A DNA stretch of 33,481 nucleotides from a bacterium (GCA_031441465.1 JANOEP010000068.1:1-33481); one strand, 5' to 3'; shown: positions 1-9,279, counted from the first letter of the stretch. Program-made: numbers and translations. The notes: a model not told the origin generated them from the sequence alone.

Positions 1-386
1 GCGCGAAGGTTCAGCAGCACGGCCAGGTTCTTGCCGAGGCGCAGCGCCTCCCGCGCGACGAAGGCTTCGACGTCGCTCTGCTCCGAGGCGAAGGCCTGGC
101 GGGGATCGACCACCAGCGCGACGAGGTCGCATTCCTCCAGCGCGGCCAAGGTCTTCTGGCGCTTCTTGGCCCCGAGGTCCGCGCCCTCGTCCAGGCCCGC
201 GGTGTCCAGGACCTTGCAGGGGCCCAGGGCGTGGATCTCCATGAGCGCGTCGTGGACGTCGGCGGTGGTGCCGGGCGCGGCGTCGACCAGCGACGTGGGC
301 TGGCGGGTCAGCAGGTTCATCGCCGTGCTCTTGCCGGCGTTGGTCCGTCCGAAGAAGCCGATGATCGTGCGCGGAACCCTGGCCAT
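1..386 (-). CDS. hydF: [FeFe]-hydrogenase maturation GTPase HydF-like (5' part, truncated by window edge)
   Basis: Manual translation from ATG 386: MARVPRTIIGFFGRTNAGKSTAMNLLTRQPTSLVDAAPGTTADV...MEIHALGPCKVLDTAGLDE. G1 (GRTNAGKS), G2 (GTT) and G3 (DTAG) motifs in HydF-like context; GGAGG RBS upstream. Not in the ORF track. Confidence 0.75.
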   Translation of the reverse strand, partial: MARVPRTIIGFFGRTNAGKSTAMNLLTRQPTSLVDAAPGTTADVHDALMEIHALGPCKVLDTAGLDEGADLGAKKRQKTLAALEECDLVALVVDPRQAFASEQSDVEAFVAREALRLGKNLAVLLNLR

Positions 387-450
387 GGTCGCCTCCCGGT
401 CGAGCTTCAAGATGTGAGGGAACGCGCCCGGGAGCCAGTCCGTGAACGAT

Positions 451-1926
451 TCACGGGCGGGGATCGCCCGCTTCCGCCGCGTTCAGCGGCACGACGCCGG
501 GCATCACCCCCGGCGGCACCAGCAGGCTCTTCTCGTGCGTGCAGGCGGCCAGGCCCGGCGGCGAGCGGCGCGGTTTGCGCACGTGCTTGCGCAGGGTGTA
601 GACGACCGGAACCAGACCGGAATTGCGCGCGCGGCAGTACTGGGCGGCGAGCGAGGCGGCCTTCGCCAGGACCAGCCCGGGCACCTGCTCTGGCCGGCCG
701 CCGGCGCGCAGCACGACGTGGCTGCCGGGCACGCCCTGTGCGTGCAGCCACCAATCGTCGGGGGCGGCGGCCTTGTGGGTCAGCTCGTCGTTCTCGCGGT
801 CGTTGCGCCCGATCCACACTTCCCAGCGCTCGTCGATCAGGAAGCGGCGGAACGGCGGCGTCTCGGGCGCGATCTCGCGGCGACCCGCGACCACGCGCTT
901 GCCGGTCCCCAGCAGCGGCGCCTGCGCGGCGCGCCACGCCAGCACGGCGGCCAGCGGGTCTTCGGCGCTGGTCAGCCCGTCCAGCTCGCTCTGCAGGTCG
1001 CGGCACCTCTGCTGCTTGCCTTCGGCCTCGGCCAGACGCCGCACGATGTGCTCGCGCCCGCGCACGGCCTTGCGCGCCCGCTGGAACAGGCGGTCGAGGT
1101 TCTCGGCCGGGCTCAAGGTCGGGTCCAGGACGAGGCGGCACATCTCCCCGGCGGCGTCGGGCAGTTCGATGTCGGCGGTGCCGCGGCGCAGGGCGTGCAG
1201 GTGGATGGCGAGGGTCTCGGCGGCGTGCCGCACGGCCTCGCCGCCGTCGGCCGTGGCCAGATCGCGCGCCAGGTTCTCGCTCAGGCGCCGTGCGGCGTTG
1301 GCGACGCGGCGCAGGGCGGTGCGCGCCTCGGCGAACGCCTCGTCGCGCAGCAGGGGGCCGAGCGCCGAGAGGCCGAGTTCCCGGCAGTTCGCCGCCACGG
1401 CTTCCGGGTCCGGATCGTCCGGCGGCGTGATGGGCGCCGGCGGCGTCGCGAGCGTCGCGGGGTGGGGCGAGGCGTGGGCCGACCACAGCCGGCGGCCGTC
1501 GCGATCGGCGAGCACCAGGTTGCCGCGCTGGCCGAAGAGCTGGTGCGCGAGCACGAACCGCTGCCCGTCCGGGTCGGCGAACGACAGCAAGAGGATGGCG
1601 TCGCCCGCGGGTGTCGTGACGGATTCCAGCGTGCACCCGAGCAGCTGCGCGGCGGCCAGCCGCTTCTGCGGCACCCAGCCCAGGGCGTCGGTCCAGGCGC
1701 GCGGCAGGGGCGCGGCGTCGTCCCAGGCCATCACGGCGCCCGCGCGCGCCAGCAGGAAGAGCTGCGCCGGGGGAGCGGATTCCTCCCGCGTTTCCAGGGT
1801 CAAACGCAGCCAGCCGGGGCCGCCGCCGACGCGGGTCGCCTGCCGACCGGCCAGTCGCCGATGCCAAGCGGCGGCCAGGGCCCCGAGGGACTCCGGCCGC
1901 CGCCAGGGTAGAGAGACGCGGTCCAC
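451..1926 (-). CDS. NFACT family protein (RqcH/Rqc2/FbpA-like)
   Basis: C-terminal NFACT-R motifs IGRNDRENDELT, WWLHAQGVPGSHVVL, VPVVYTLRKHVRKPR; coiled coil with LDPTLSPAENLDRLFQRARK. Start chosen at GTG 1926, just past the upstream gene's stop. Confidence 0.85.
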   Translation of the reverse strand: MDRVSLPWRRPESLGALAAAWHRRLAGRQATRVGGGPGWLRLTLETREESAPPAQLFLLARAGAVMAWDDAAPLPRAWTDALGWVPQKRLAAAQLLGCTLESVTTPAGDAILLLSFADPDGQRFVLAHQLFGQRGNLVLADRDGRRLWSAHASPHPATLATPPAPITPPDDPDPEAVAANCRELGLSALGPLLRDEAFAEARTALRRVANAARRLSENLARDLATADGGEAVRHAAETLAIHLHALRRGTADIELPDAAGEMCRLVLDPTLSPAENLDRLFQRARKAVRGREHIVRRLAEAEGKQQRCRDLQSELDGLTSAEDPLAAVLAWRAAQAPLLGTGKRVVAGRREIAPETPPFRRFLIDERWEVWIGRNDRENDELTHKAAAPDDWWLHAQGVPGSHVVLRAGGRPEQVPGLVLAKAASLAAQYCRARNSGLVPVVYTLRKHVRKPRRSPPGLAACTHEKSLLVPPGVMPGVVPLNAAEAGDPRP

Positions 1927-1934
1927 GCCGCGGT

Positions 1935-2417
1935 CTAGAAGAACGTCAGGCCGACGGTGAACTTCATGTCCGGCGCGTAATCCGAGATGCCGATCTTCAA
2001 CTCGAACATCAGGGCCTTGGACTCGTCGAGGTTCTTCTCGAGGCCGCCCAGGATGCTGATGCCCATCTTGGTGTACGAGTCGTCGAAGCCCGCCGGCACG
2101 TTGTCGAACGTGAACATGTGCATGCCGATCTCGGCGCCCGCGTAGGGGGTGTAGCCGCCCAGGTCGGCTTCCTTGAAGCTGTAGTTGGCGTCGGCGGCGA
2201 AGGAGTAGAGGCTGAGGCCGTCGAAGAAGGCGACTTCGACGTTCGGGACCAGGGCGATCTCGGGCGTGATGTTCAGGCCCTTCACGTGGCCGCCCACGAA
2301 GAACCCGCCGTCGCCGGCGTCCGCGTAACCGCCGCGCACGCCGAAAGCCATGGGGCCGGCCGCCGCGACGCCCGCGACGAGAACGAGGGCCGTGGCCAGG
2401 AACAGGATTTTCTTCAT
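1935..2417 (-). CDS. Small outer-membrane beta-barrel protein
   Basis: Signal peptide MKKILFLATALVLVAGVAAA, amphipathic strands, TPYAGA motif, C-terminal Phe, GGAGG RBS. Confidence 0.8.
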   Translation of the reverse strand: MKKILFLATALVLVAGVAAAGPMAFGVRGGYADAGDGGFFVGGHVKGLNITPEIALVPNVEVAFFDGLSLYSFAADANYSFKEADLGGYTPYAGAEIGMHMFTFDNVPAGFDDSYTKMGISILGGLEKNLDESKALMFELKIGISDYAPDMKFTVGLTFF

Positions 2418-2631
2418 CGTGTCTCCACCTCCAGCAAGTTGGGTCGGTTGCGAACCGTTGGCGATCCGGCCCATTTCTAGTGCATCCCGGCACTATCGTC
2501 AATCCTTGCTTGCGGCGATCGGGGAGTGTCCCGCCGCGGTTTCCGGTCTTGCCGCCGCCGCCGGACTTGCCTAGACTTGGCCCCCGGCTCGGCTTCCCTG
2601 GCCGGACCATCCCTCACGGATCGGAGACCCC

Positions 2632-3513
2632 GTGCTCAGCATGACCGGATACGGCAACGGCGAGGCGGTCGCGGGCGGCGCCACCGTCACGGTGGAACTG
2701 CGCGCCGTGAACCACCGCTTCCTCGACGTCGCCCTGAAACTGCCGTCGGCTCTGGCCTTCTGCGAGATCGACATCCGCGAGGTCTTGAAGAACCGCGTCG
2801 CGCGTGGCCGCGTCAGCTGCACCCTGACGCTGGAGCGTGGGACCGCGGCGACCGTCGCCGCCCTACAGCCCGCGCGCGTCGAGTCCGGTCTGTCCGCCCT
2901 GAACGCGATCGCCGACGCCGTCGCCGCCCGCGGCCTGCCGCGGCCGGAGATCCGGCTCGAACACCTGCTGGCGCTGCCCGGCCTGTTCGACGGCGGCCAG
3001 CCGGAGGACGACCGCGAGGCCCTGCAGGCGGCCGTGACGGCGGCCCTCGACCAGGCCATCGCCGGTCTCGAGGCGATGAAGCGCAAGGAGGGGGACGAGA
3101 CCGCCGCCGAGATGCGCGCGCGGACCGTGGCCATCGACCGCCACCTCGGCACGGTGGCCGCACTGGTGCCCGGCGCCCTCGAGGAGGCCCAGAACCGTCT
3201 GCGCGAGCGTCTGGCCCAGCTGCTGGGCGACGCCATCGACCCGCAGCGCCTGGCTCAGGAGGCGGCGATCCTCGTGGACAAGGGCAACATCAACGAGGAG
3301 TGCGAGCGCCTCGCCAGCCACCTCGAGCAGGTGCGTGAAGCCCTGGCCGAAGGCGGTCAGGTGGCCAAGCGCCTGAACTTCCTGTTCCAGGAGATGCACC
3401 GCGAGGTCAACACGATGGGTTCCAAGACCCAGAACCTCGACATCACGCACGCGGTGATCGCGATGAAGGAAGAGATCGAGACCCTGCGCGAACAGGTCCA
3501 GAACCTGGAGTGA
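2632..3513 (+). CDS. yicC: YicC/YloC family endoribonuclease
   Basis: SMTGYG, ELRAVNHRFLD, KRLNFLFQEMHREVNTMGSK, LREQVQNLE; directly upstream of gmk. Confidence 0.95.
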   Translation: MLSMTGYGNGEAVAGGATVTVELRAVNHRFLDVALKLPSALAFCEIDIREVLKNRVARGRVSCTLTLERGTAATVAALQPARVESGLSALNAIADAVAARGLPRPEIRLEHLLALPGLFDGGQPEDDREALQAAVTAALDQAIAGLEAMKRKEGDETAAEMRARTVAIDRHLGTVAALVPGALEEAQNRLRERLAQLLGDAIDPQRLAQEAAILVDKGNINEECERLASHLEQVREALAEGGQVAKRLNFLFQEMHREVNTMGSKTQNLDITHAVIAMKEEIETLREQVQNLE

Positions 3514-3520
3514 CCCGGCG

Positions 3521-4132
3521 ATGATCCTGCTGATCAGCGGCCCCAGCGGCGCGGGCAAGACCACCTTCGTGCGGGCCCTGCTCGCCGACGATCCGCGCGT
3601 GCGCTTCTCGGTGTCGACCACCACGCGCCCGATCCGTCCCGGGGAGCGGGAGGGCGTCGACTACCACTTCGTTGACGACGCCGAGTTCGACCGGCTCGTC
3701 GCCGCCGGCGCCTTCGTGGAGTGGGCGCACGTCCACGACCGCCGCTACGGCACGCGCCGCGACCACGTCCGGGCCATGATCGACCGGGGCGAGGTGCCGC
3801 TGCTCGATCTGGACGTCCAGGGCGGCAAGAACGTGATCGACCTGTACGGCGACGACCTCGTCTCGGTGTTCGTGTTCCCGCCCTCGTGGGAGGTGCTGGA
3901 GGCGCGCCTGCGCGCCCGGGCCACCGATGGTCCCGAAGTCATCGCCACCCGCCTGCGCAACGCGCGCTGGGAGGTGGGTTTCGCGCCGTGCTACCGCTAC
4001 TGGATCGTCAACGGCGACCTCCCGGACGCGCTGCGGCGTATGTCGGCGATCCTGACCGCCGAGCAGTGCCGGCGCGAGCGCTTCGCGGCGCCGCCGCTGG
4101 CGCCGACGCTGCAACCACCTGTCGGACAATAA
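3521..4132 (+). CDS. gmk: Guanylate kinase
   Basis: SGPSGAGKTT P-loop, SVSTTTRPIRPGEREGVDYHFV, EWAHVH..YGT, DLDVQG. Confidence 0.95.
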   Translation: MILLISGPSGAGKTTFVRALLADDPRVRFSVSTTTRPIRPGEREGVDYHFVDDAEFDRLVAAGAFVEWAHVHDRRYGTRRDHVRAMIDRGEVPLLDLDVQGGKNVIDLYGDDLVSVFVFPPSWEVLEARLRARATDGPEVIATRLRNARWEVGFAPCYRYWIVNGDLPDALRRMSAILTAEQCRRERFAAPPLAPTLQPPVGQ

Positions 4133-4147
4133 ATTGTCGATTTCCGG

Positions 4148-4176
4148 TTGATGGCGGGCCGGAACGGGGTTACATT
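4148..4176 (+). promoter_or_regulatory. Putative sigma70 promoter for rpoZ-coaBC-udg
   Basis: TTGATG-N17-TACATT in the gmk-rpoZ spacer. Confidence 0.5.
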
Positions 4177-4250
4177 GTTCCGTTCGCGATCCGCCGGCGG
4201 TTCCCGCGCCCCCGGCCCCCGACGACATGGATATTCCACCGAGGTGTTCG

Positions 4251-4490
4251 ATGACCTATATCCAGCGCAAGGATGTCACCAACAGGATCCCGAACAAGTT
4301 CGAAGCCATCAAGATCGCCGCCCTCGAGGCGCGCCGTCTGAACGACCGGGCCCGCGCCGTGAGTGCGAACCTGCCCGGCAAGCTGACGACCATCGCGGTC
4401 CAGCGTCTGATCGACGGCCAGATCATCTACTACGACAAGCGCGAGCGCGCTGCCGCCGCCCTCAAGGAGCGGGAGAACGCACAGGAGTAG
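4251..4490 (+). CDS. rpoZ: RNA polymerase omega subunit
   Basis: NKFEAIKIAALEARRLN...KLTTIAVQRL omega-like pattern; lies between gmk and coaBC; GAGGTG RBS before ATG 4251. Confidence 0.85.
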   Translation: MTYIQRKDVTNRIPNKFEAIKIAALEARRLNDRARAVSANLPGKLTTIAVQRLIDGQIIYYDKRERAAAALKERENAQE

Positions 4491-4493
4491 TCC

Positions 4494-5741
4494 ATGACCC
4501 GGTCGCGCGTCCTGCTGCTGGTGACCGGCGGCATTGCCGCCTACAAGAGTTGTCTGCTGGCCCGTCTGCTCGTGCAGGCGGGCTTTTCCGTGCGCGTGGC
4601 CATGACCGGCGCGGCGCAGCGCTTCGTGGGCCCGACCACGTTCCGCGCGCTCACCGGCCACGGCGTCGCCACCGACCTGTGGGGCGAGGGCGACACCGAC
4701 CCGCTGGATCACGTGGAACTGGCCCGCTGGGCCGACATCGCGGTGGTCGCTCCGGCCACGGCCAACCTGCTGGGCAAGGCCGCCGGCGGTCTCGCCGACG
4801 ACATCGTGACCACCCTGCTGCTGGCCTGGGAGCGCGACCTGGTCCTGGCCCCGGCGATGAACGACGCCATGTGGCGCCACCCCGCCGTGCAGGCCAACCT
4901 CGCGACGCTGCGCGGGCGCGGCGCCCATGTCGTGGACCCCGGTCGCGGCTGGCTGGCCTGCGGCACGGTCGCCGAGGGGCGGATGGCCGAACCCGAGGCG
5001 ATCTTCGCGCGGATCTGCGAGCTGGACGACGCCCTGCCGCTTCGCCCAGGCGGCGCGGCGGAGCTGCCGCTCACCGGCTGCCGCCTGCTGGTGACGGCCG
5101 GACCCACGCGCGAGCCGCTGGACGCGGTGCGCTTCGTCGGCAACCGCTCGACCGGAGCGATGGGCTTCGCGCTGGCGCGGCAGGCCGCCGGGCTGGGCGC
5201 CGAGGTGACCCTGATCCACGGCCCGGTGCCGTCGCCGCCGCCGCGCGGGATCGGGATCGTGGTGCCGGTGGAGACGGCCGCCCAGATGGCCGCCGCGGTG
5301 CGCGAGCGCCTGCCGCGCGCCGACGCCTTGATCATGGCGGCGGCCGTCGCCGACTTCACGCCCGAGAACGTCGGGCACGGGAAGCTCAAGAAGGAATCGC
5401 TCGGCACTTCCTGGTGCGTGACCATGACCCGCACGACCGACATCCTGGCCGACATCGTCCTCGACGAACGGCCCGCCGGCCTGAAGGTCGTCGGCTTCGC
5501 GCTCGAGACCGAGAACCTGATCGAGCGCGCCACGGCCAAGCTGCACGCCAAGGGCATGGACGCCGTGATCGCCAACGACCCGATCGCCGACGGCACCTTC
5601 GGCGAGGGGCTGCACCGCGTCACGCTGATCGCCGCCGACGGCGGCAGCGAGTCGATCGGTCCGCTGGACAAGCGCGACCTCGCCGCCGATCTCCTGCAGC
5701 GTCTCGTGCCGTTGCTGCGGCCCGCCGGAGGCGCGGCATGA
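4494..5741 (+). CDS. coaBC: Bifunctional phosphopantothenoylcysteine decarboxylase/ligase
   Basis: TGGIAAYK, APATAN, PAMNDAMW, LACG..GRMAEP, TAGPTREPLDAVRFVGNRSTGAMG, AAVADF, VGFALET. Confidence 0.95.
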   Translation: MTRSRVLLLVTGGIAAYKSCLLARLLVQAGFSVRVAMTGAAQRFVGPTTFRALTGHGVATDLWGEGDTDPLDHVELARWADIAVVAPATANLLGKAAGGLADDIVTTLLLAWERDLVLAPAMNDAMWRHPAVQANLATLRGRGAHVVDPGRGWLACGTVAEGRMAEPEAIFARICELDDALPLRPGGAAELPLTGCRLLVTAGPTREPLDAVRFVGNRSTGAMGFALARQAAGLGAEVTLIHGPVPSPPPRGIGIVVPVETAAQMAAAVRERLPRADALIMAAAVADFTPENVGHGKLKKESLGTSWCVTMTRTTDILADIVLDERPAGLKVVGFALETENLIERATAKLHAKGMDAVIANDPIADGTFGEGLHRVTLIAADGGSESIGPLDKRDLAADLLQRLVPLLRPAGGAA

Positions 5742-6691
5742 CGCAGGACAGCCCCGAGCGTCTGGCCGCCGACCTGGCCCGCTACCTCGTCCAGCAGCAG
5801 CAGGACGGGACCGCCTGGTACTACGACGAGGGTCCGGTCGCCGCGACCGCCGCCCGCGCGGAGAACGAGGAGACCGCGACGCCCGTCGCACTCCAGCCTC
5901 CAGCGCCCGCCGGTCCGGATGCCGACGCGGCGGCGGCCGCGAAGCAGGCGCGCGAGCAGGAATTCCGCAGCGAGTGCGAGCGCTTCGTGCGCGAGACGCT
6001 GGCGCAGATCCGCAGCCGCCCGCCCGCGTCGCCGCCGCCGCCGCCGCCGGCTCCCGCCGCCCCGAACCTGTTCGCCGCGACTGTGAGCGCGGCGCCGGCC
6101 GCGGCGCCGGTCCCCGTGTCGAAACGGCTGGCGCTGGAGGCGATGGCCGCCGAGGTGGCCGTCTGCACGGCCTGCAAGCTGCACCCCACGCGCACGCAAA
6201 CGGTCTTCGGCAGCGGCAACCCCGACGCGCGCGTGCTCTTCATCGGCGAGGCGCCCGGCCGCAACGAGGACGAACAGGGGCTGCCGTTCGTCGGCCGCGC
6301 CGGCCAGCTGCTGACCGACATCCTGCGCGCCATCCGCTTCGAGCGCGACGAGGTCTACATCTGCAACATCCTGAAGTGCCGCCCGCCCGAGAACCGCGAC
6401 CCCGAGCGCGACGAGGCCGACGCCTGCGAACCCTTCCTGCGCCGGCAGCTCGCGATCATCCAGCCGCACCTGATCTGCTGCCTCGGCCGCCACGCCGCGA
6501 TGACGCTGCTGGACAGCCGAGCCAGCCTGCGCTCCCTGCGCGAGAGCGTGCACTTCTACCAGGGCATCCCCGTGCTGGCGACCTTCCATCCCGCCGCGCT
6601 GCTGCGCAACCCGCACTGGAAGCGCGACACCTGGGAGGACGTGCGCAAGCTGCGCGCCCTGCACGACGCGCTGCTCGCGGGCGCCTCCTGA
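5738..6691 (+). CDS. Uracil-DNA glycosylase family 4 (Fe-S) with long Pro/Ala-rich N-terminal extension
   Basis: [54 protein letters not shown] overlap with the coaBC stop. Confidence 0.92.
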   Translation: MTQDSPERLAADLARYLVQQQQDGTAWYYDEGPVAATAARAENEETATPVALQPPAPAGPDADAAAAAKQAREQEFRSECERFVRETLAQIRSRPPASPPPPPPAPAAPNLFAATVSAAPAAAPVPVSKRLALEAMAAEVAVCTACKLHPTRTQTVFGSGNPDARVLFIGEAPGRNEDEQGLPFVGRAGQLLTDILRAIRFERDEVYICNILKCRPPENRDPERDEADACEPFLRRQLAIIQPHLICCLGRHAAMTLLDSRASLRSLRESVHFYQGIPVLATFHPAALLRNPHWKRDTWEDVRKLRALHDALLAGAS

Positions 6692-6695
6692 CCCC

Positions 6696-7577
6696 TCACC
6701 GCCGGGAAATCAGCATCGCGAATTCGTGCCGGGCGTCCACGCCGGTGATCGGCGGCAGGAAGACGCCGCCGCCGAGGCCGGCGGCCGCGCACAGGGCCGC
6801 GAGGTCCTCGTCGCGCCAGGCGCGCCCGCTCTGCGCGTAACGCTCCACCGCCCCCGTCGCGGCGTCCACGATCCAGTGGACGTTGATCTCGGACTGCGAC
6901 GCGTCGTCCCAGTGGTATTCCTGCAGCCAGAAATGGGGACGGTCGGCGAACGGCGAACGGTCGCACGCCCGCCACTCCAGTAGGTCCTCGCGCGGGTAGA
7001 GTTCCCAGGGCTGGTATTCCAGGACCATCAGGCCGCCGGGACGCAGACGCTGCGCGAGGTCGGTCAGCGCGGCGAGCATCGCGCCGGGCGGGTGGGCGTG
7101 GACCTCGCCGTACCACAGCGTCACCGCGTCGAGATCGGCGACGTCGTCGGGCAGCGGCGGGACCGGAGCCTCGACGTCGAGGTCGAGGAACACACACGTC
7201 AGGTCTTCGGCGGCGGCGGACGCGCGCGCGTGGCGCAGCGCCGCCGGCGCCACGTCGCCGCCCCAGGCACGGTGGCCGCGGCGCGCCAGTTCGAGGCAGT
7301 AGAGGCCGGGACCGCAGGCGACGTCCAGCACGCGGCGCGGCGCGGCGGCGCCGAAGACCTCGGACAGCCGGGTCTCCAGCCAGCCGACGTGGGCGGCGAT
7401 CACCGGCAGGGTGCGGCTCGCCATGTGCGTCGACTGATCCAGGTGCAGGCGCAACATGCGCTCGCTGAAGGCGGGATCGGCCCAGGGAAACGCGGCCCCG
7501 TCCCGCCAGGGTTGCGCGGGGCGCGGCTCGGCGGCGATTCGGGCCCAGGTTTCGCTGAGTTGTCCACCGTCGGGCAT
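6696..7577 (-). CDS. Class I SAM-dependent methyltransferase
   Basis: VLDVACGPG motif I, FSERMLRLHL..ASR N-terminal pattern, LRPGG; GGAGG RBS before ATG 7577. Confidence 0.85.
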   Translation of the reverse strand: MPDGGQLSETWARIAAEPRPAQPWRDGAAFPWADPAFSERMLRLHLDQSTHMASRTLPVIAAHVGWLETRLSEVFGAAAPRRVLDVACGPGLYCLELARRGHRAWGGDVAPAALRHARASAAAEDLTCVFLDLDVEAPVPPLPDDVADLDAVTLWYGEVHAHPPGAMLAALTDLAQRLRPGGLMVLEYQPWELYPREDLLEWRACDRSPFADRPHFWLQEYHWDDASQSEINVHWIVDAATGAVERYAQSGRAWRDEDLAALCAAAGLGGGVFLPPITGVDARHEFAMLISRR

Positions 7578-7650
7578 GGGAGGCGCCTCCTGGAGGGTCT
7601 GGTCCGTCAATGTGTTGGGCGGGAACCGGTTGGATCTCCCGTGCGCCCGG

Positions 7651-7809
7651 TGTCGCCCAGCTTATCCACCTCGGATGCGATTTGTCCACAACATGTCCCG
7701 GAGTTGTCCCGCAGGGCGGGCCGAAGCGGGGCGCGACGGGCCGGTCGCCGCCGCGTCGTCCCCAGCTCGTCCACCGGTCGTCCACGGGTTTATCCACGCC
7801 CGGTCCCCA
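7651..7809 (+). repeat. Cluster of co-oriented DnaA-box-like 9-mers
   Basis: TTATCCACC 7662, TTGTCCACA 7682, TCGTCCCCA 7756, TCGTCCACC 7767, TCGTCCACG 7778, TTATCCACG 7790, CGGTCCCCA 7801; weaker copies at 7651, 7693 and 7704; mostly 11-bp spacing. Confidence 0.7.
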
Positions 7810-7914
7810 GGTATTCAGCGGGGAGGAGAAGTCGATCTGTCTCGGGTTGCGGCCATCGCTTACAATGAGCGTCTTCGCCTCGCCCCGTCACACCGAGCCC
7901 CGAGGAACGGTCCC

Positions 7915-9279
7915 GTGGAACCCGAACTCAGCCCCCTGCCCAACGAGATGCGGCGCGCCGCCGAGACCCGGCAACCGCCCCAGAACCTCGACGCCGAACG
8001 CGCCATCCTCGGCGCGGTCATGCTCGACCGCGACGCGCTGGGCGTCGCGCTCGAGTCGATCCGGCCCGACGACTTCTACCGCCGCGAGCACCGCATCATC
8101 TTCGGGGTCATGTGCGACCTCTACGAGAACGACCAGGCCATCGACGGCATCACGGTCGCCGAGGAACTGGAGCGCCGCGGCGAACTGCTCAAGTGCGGCG
8201 GCAACGACTACCTCGCCGACATCATCGCCGCGACCGCCACGGCCGCGAACGTCGCCTACCACGGGCGCATCGTCCGGGACAAGTCGGTGCTGCGGGGGCT
8301 GATCCACGCCTCGGGCGAGATCACCACCGACGCCTTCGCCGCCCGCGAGGAGACCGACACCATCCTCGACCGCGCCCAGACGCGCATCTACGCCATCGCG
8401 GAGAACCGCGAGACGCAGGCCTTCGCGTCGGTCCGCGACGTCGTGCCGGAGGCGTTCCGGCGCATCGACGAGGCGTCGCGCTCCAAGAGCGACATCACCG
8501 GCCTGTCCACCGGCTTCGTGGAGTTCGACCGCATCACCGCCGGCCTGCAGCGCGGCGACCTGATCGTGCTGGCGGCGCGGCCGTCGATGGGCAAGACGGC
8601 GCTGGCGTTGAACGTCGCCTACAGCGCCGCGGTGAAGGAGAAGGTGCCCGTCGCGATCTTCAGCCTGGAAATGGCCAAGGAGCAGCTCGTCATGCGCATG
8701 ATCTGCGCCAGCGGGGGCTTCAACAACCACGAGCTGCGCAAGGGCCAGATCAAGGCCGAGCAGTGGCCCAAGCTGACCGAGGCCTGCAGCCGCCTGTCCG
8801 AGGCGCCCATCTTCATCGACGACTCCAGCGGCATCGGCGTACTCGAGATGAAGTCCAAGGCGCGCCGGCTCAAGCAGCAGCACGACGTCGGCCTGATCAT
8901 CGTGGACTACATGCAGCTGATGACGTCCACCTCGCGCGCCGAGAACCGCCAGCAGGAGATCTCGCAGATCAGCCGCAACCTCAAGGGCATGGCCAAGGAC
9001 CTCGATGTGCCCGTCATGGCGCTCAGTCAGCTCTCGCGCGCCGTCGAGTCGCGCGGCGACCACAAGCCCATGCTCTCGGACCTGCGCGAGTCGGGTTCCA
9101 TCGAGCAGGATGCCGACGTGGTCATGTTCATCTATCGTGAGGAGTACTACAAGCCGGACGACGAGACCGTGCGCAACAAGGCGACGGTGATCGTCGGCAA
9201 GCAGCGCAACGGGCCCATCGGCCAGTTCGACCTGCACTTCCACAAGTCGTTCACGCGTTTCGCCGACCTGCAGCACTGA
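7915..9279 (+). CDS. dnaB: Replicative DNA helicase
   Basis: PPQNLDAERAILG, AARPSMGKT Walker A, IFSLEM, IVDYMQL, LSQLSR, SDLRESGSIEQDAD, KQRNGP; GTG 7915 with GAGGA RBS (ATG 7948 is an alternative start). Confidence 0.97.
   Translation: MEPELSPLPNEMRRAAETRQPPQNLDAERAILGAVMLDRDALGVALESIRPDDFYRREHRIIFGVMCDLYENDQAIDGITVAEELERRGELLKCGGNDYLADIIAATATAANVAYHGRIVRDKSVLRGLIHASGEITTDAFAAREETDTILDRAQTRIYAIAENRETQAFASVRDVVPEAFRRIDEASRSKSDITGLSTGFVEFDRITAGLQRGDLIVLAARPSMGKTALALNVAYSAAVKEKVPVAIFSLEMAKEQLVMRMICASGGFNNHELRKGQIKAEQWPKLTEACSRLSEAPIFIDDSSGIGVLEMKSKARRLKQQHDVGLIIVDYMQLMTSTSRAENRQQEISQISRNLKGMAKDLDVPVMALSQLSRAVESRGDHKPMLSDLRESGSIEQDADVVMFIYREEYYKPDDETVRNKATVIVGKQRNGPIGQFDLHFHKSFTRFADLQH

Noticed and set aside
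2440..2503. Hairpin and weak TTGACG-N17-TAGAAA promoter upstream of the small OM barrel gene
   Set aside because: The -10 is a poor match and the stem is imperfect; no known RNA motif recognised.
6029..6049. (CCG)n tract as a phase-variable repeat
   Set aside because: In-frame triplet repeat encoding polyproline; slippage would not shift the frame.
4148..6691. Apparent large fusions in the ORF track (847 aa UDG, 719 aa NFACT, 607 aa DnaB, 829 aa RadA, 711 aa IspD, 1082 aa TonB receptor)
   Set aside because: The N-terminal parts are stop-free off-frame readings of upstream genes or spacers; internal starts with an RBS or stop overlap fit better.
7915..9279. Intein in DnaB
   Set aside because: Length (~454 aa) and contiguous motifs leave no room for an insertion.
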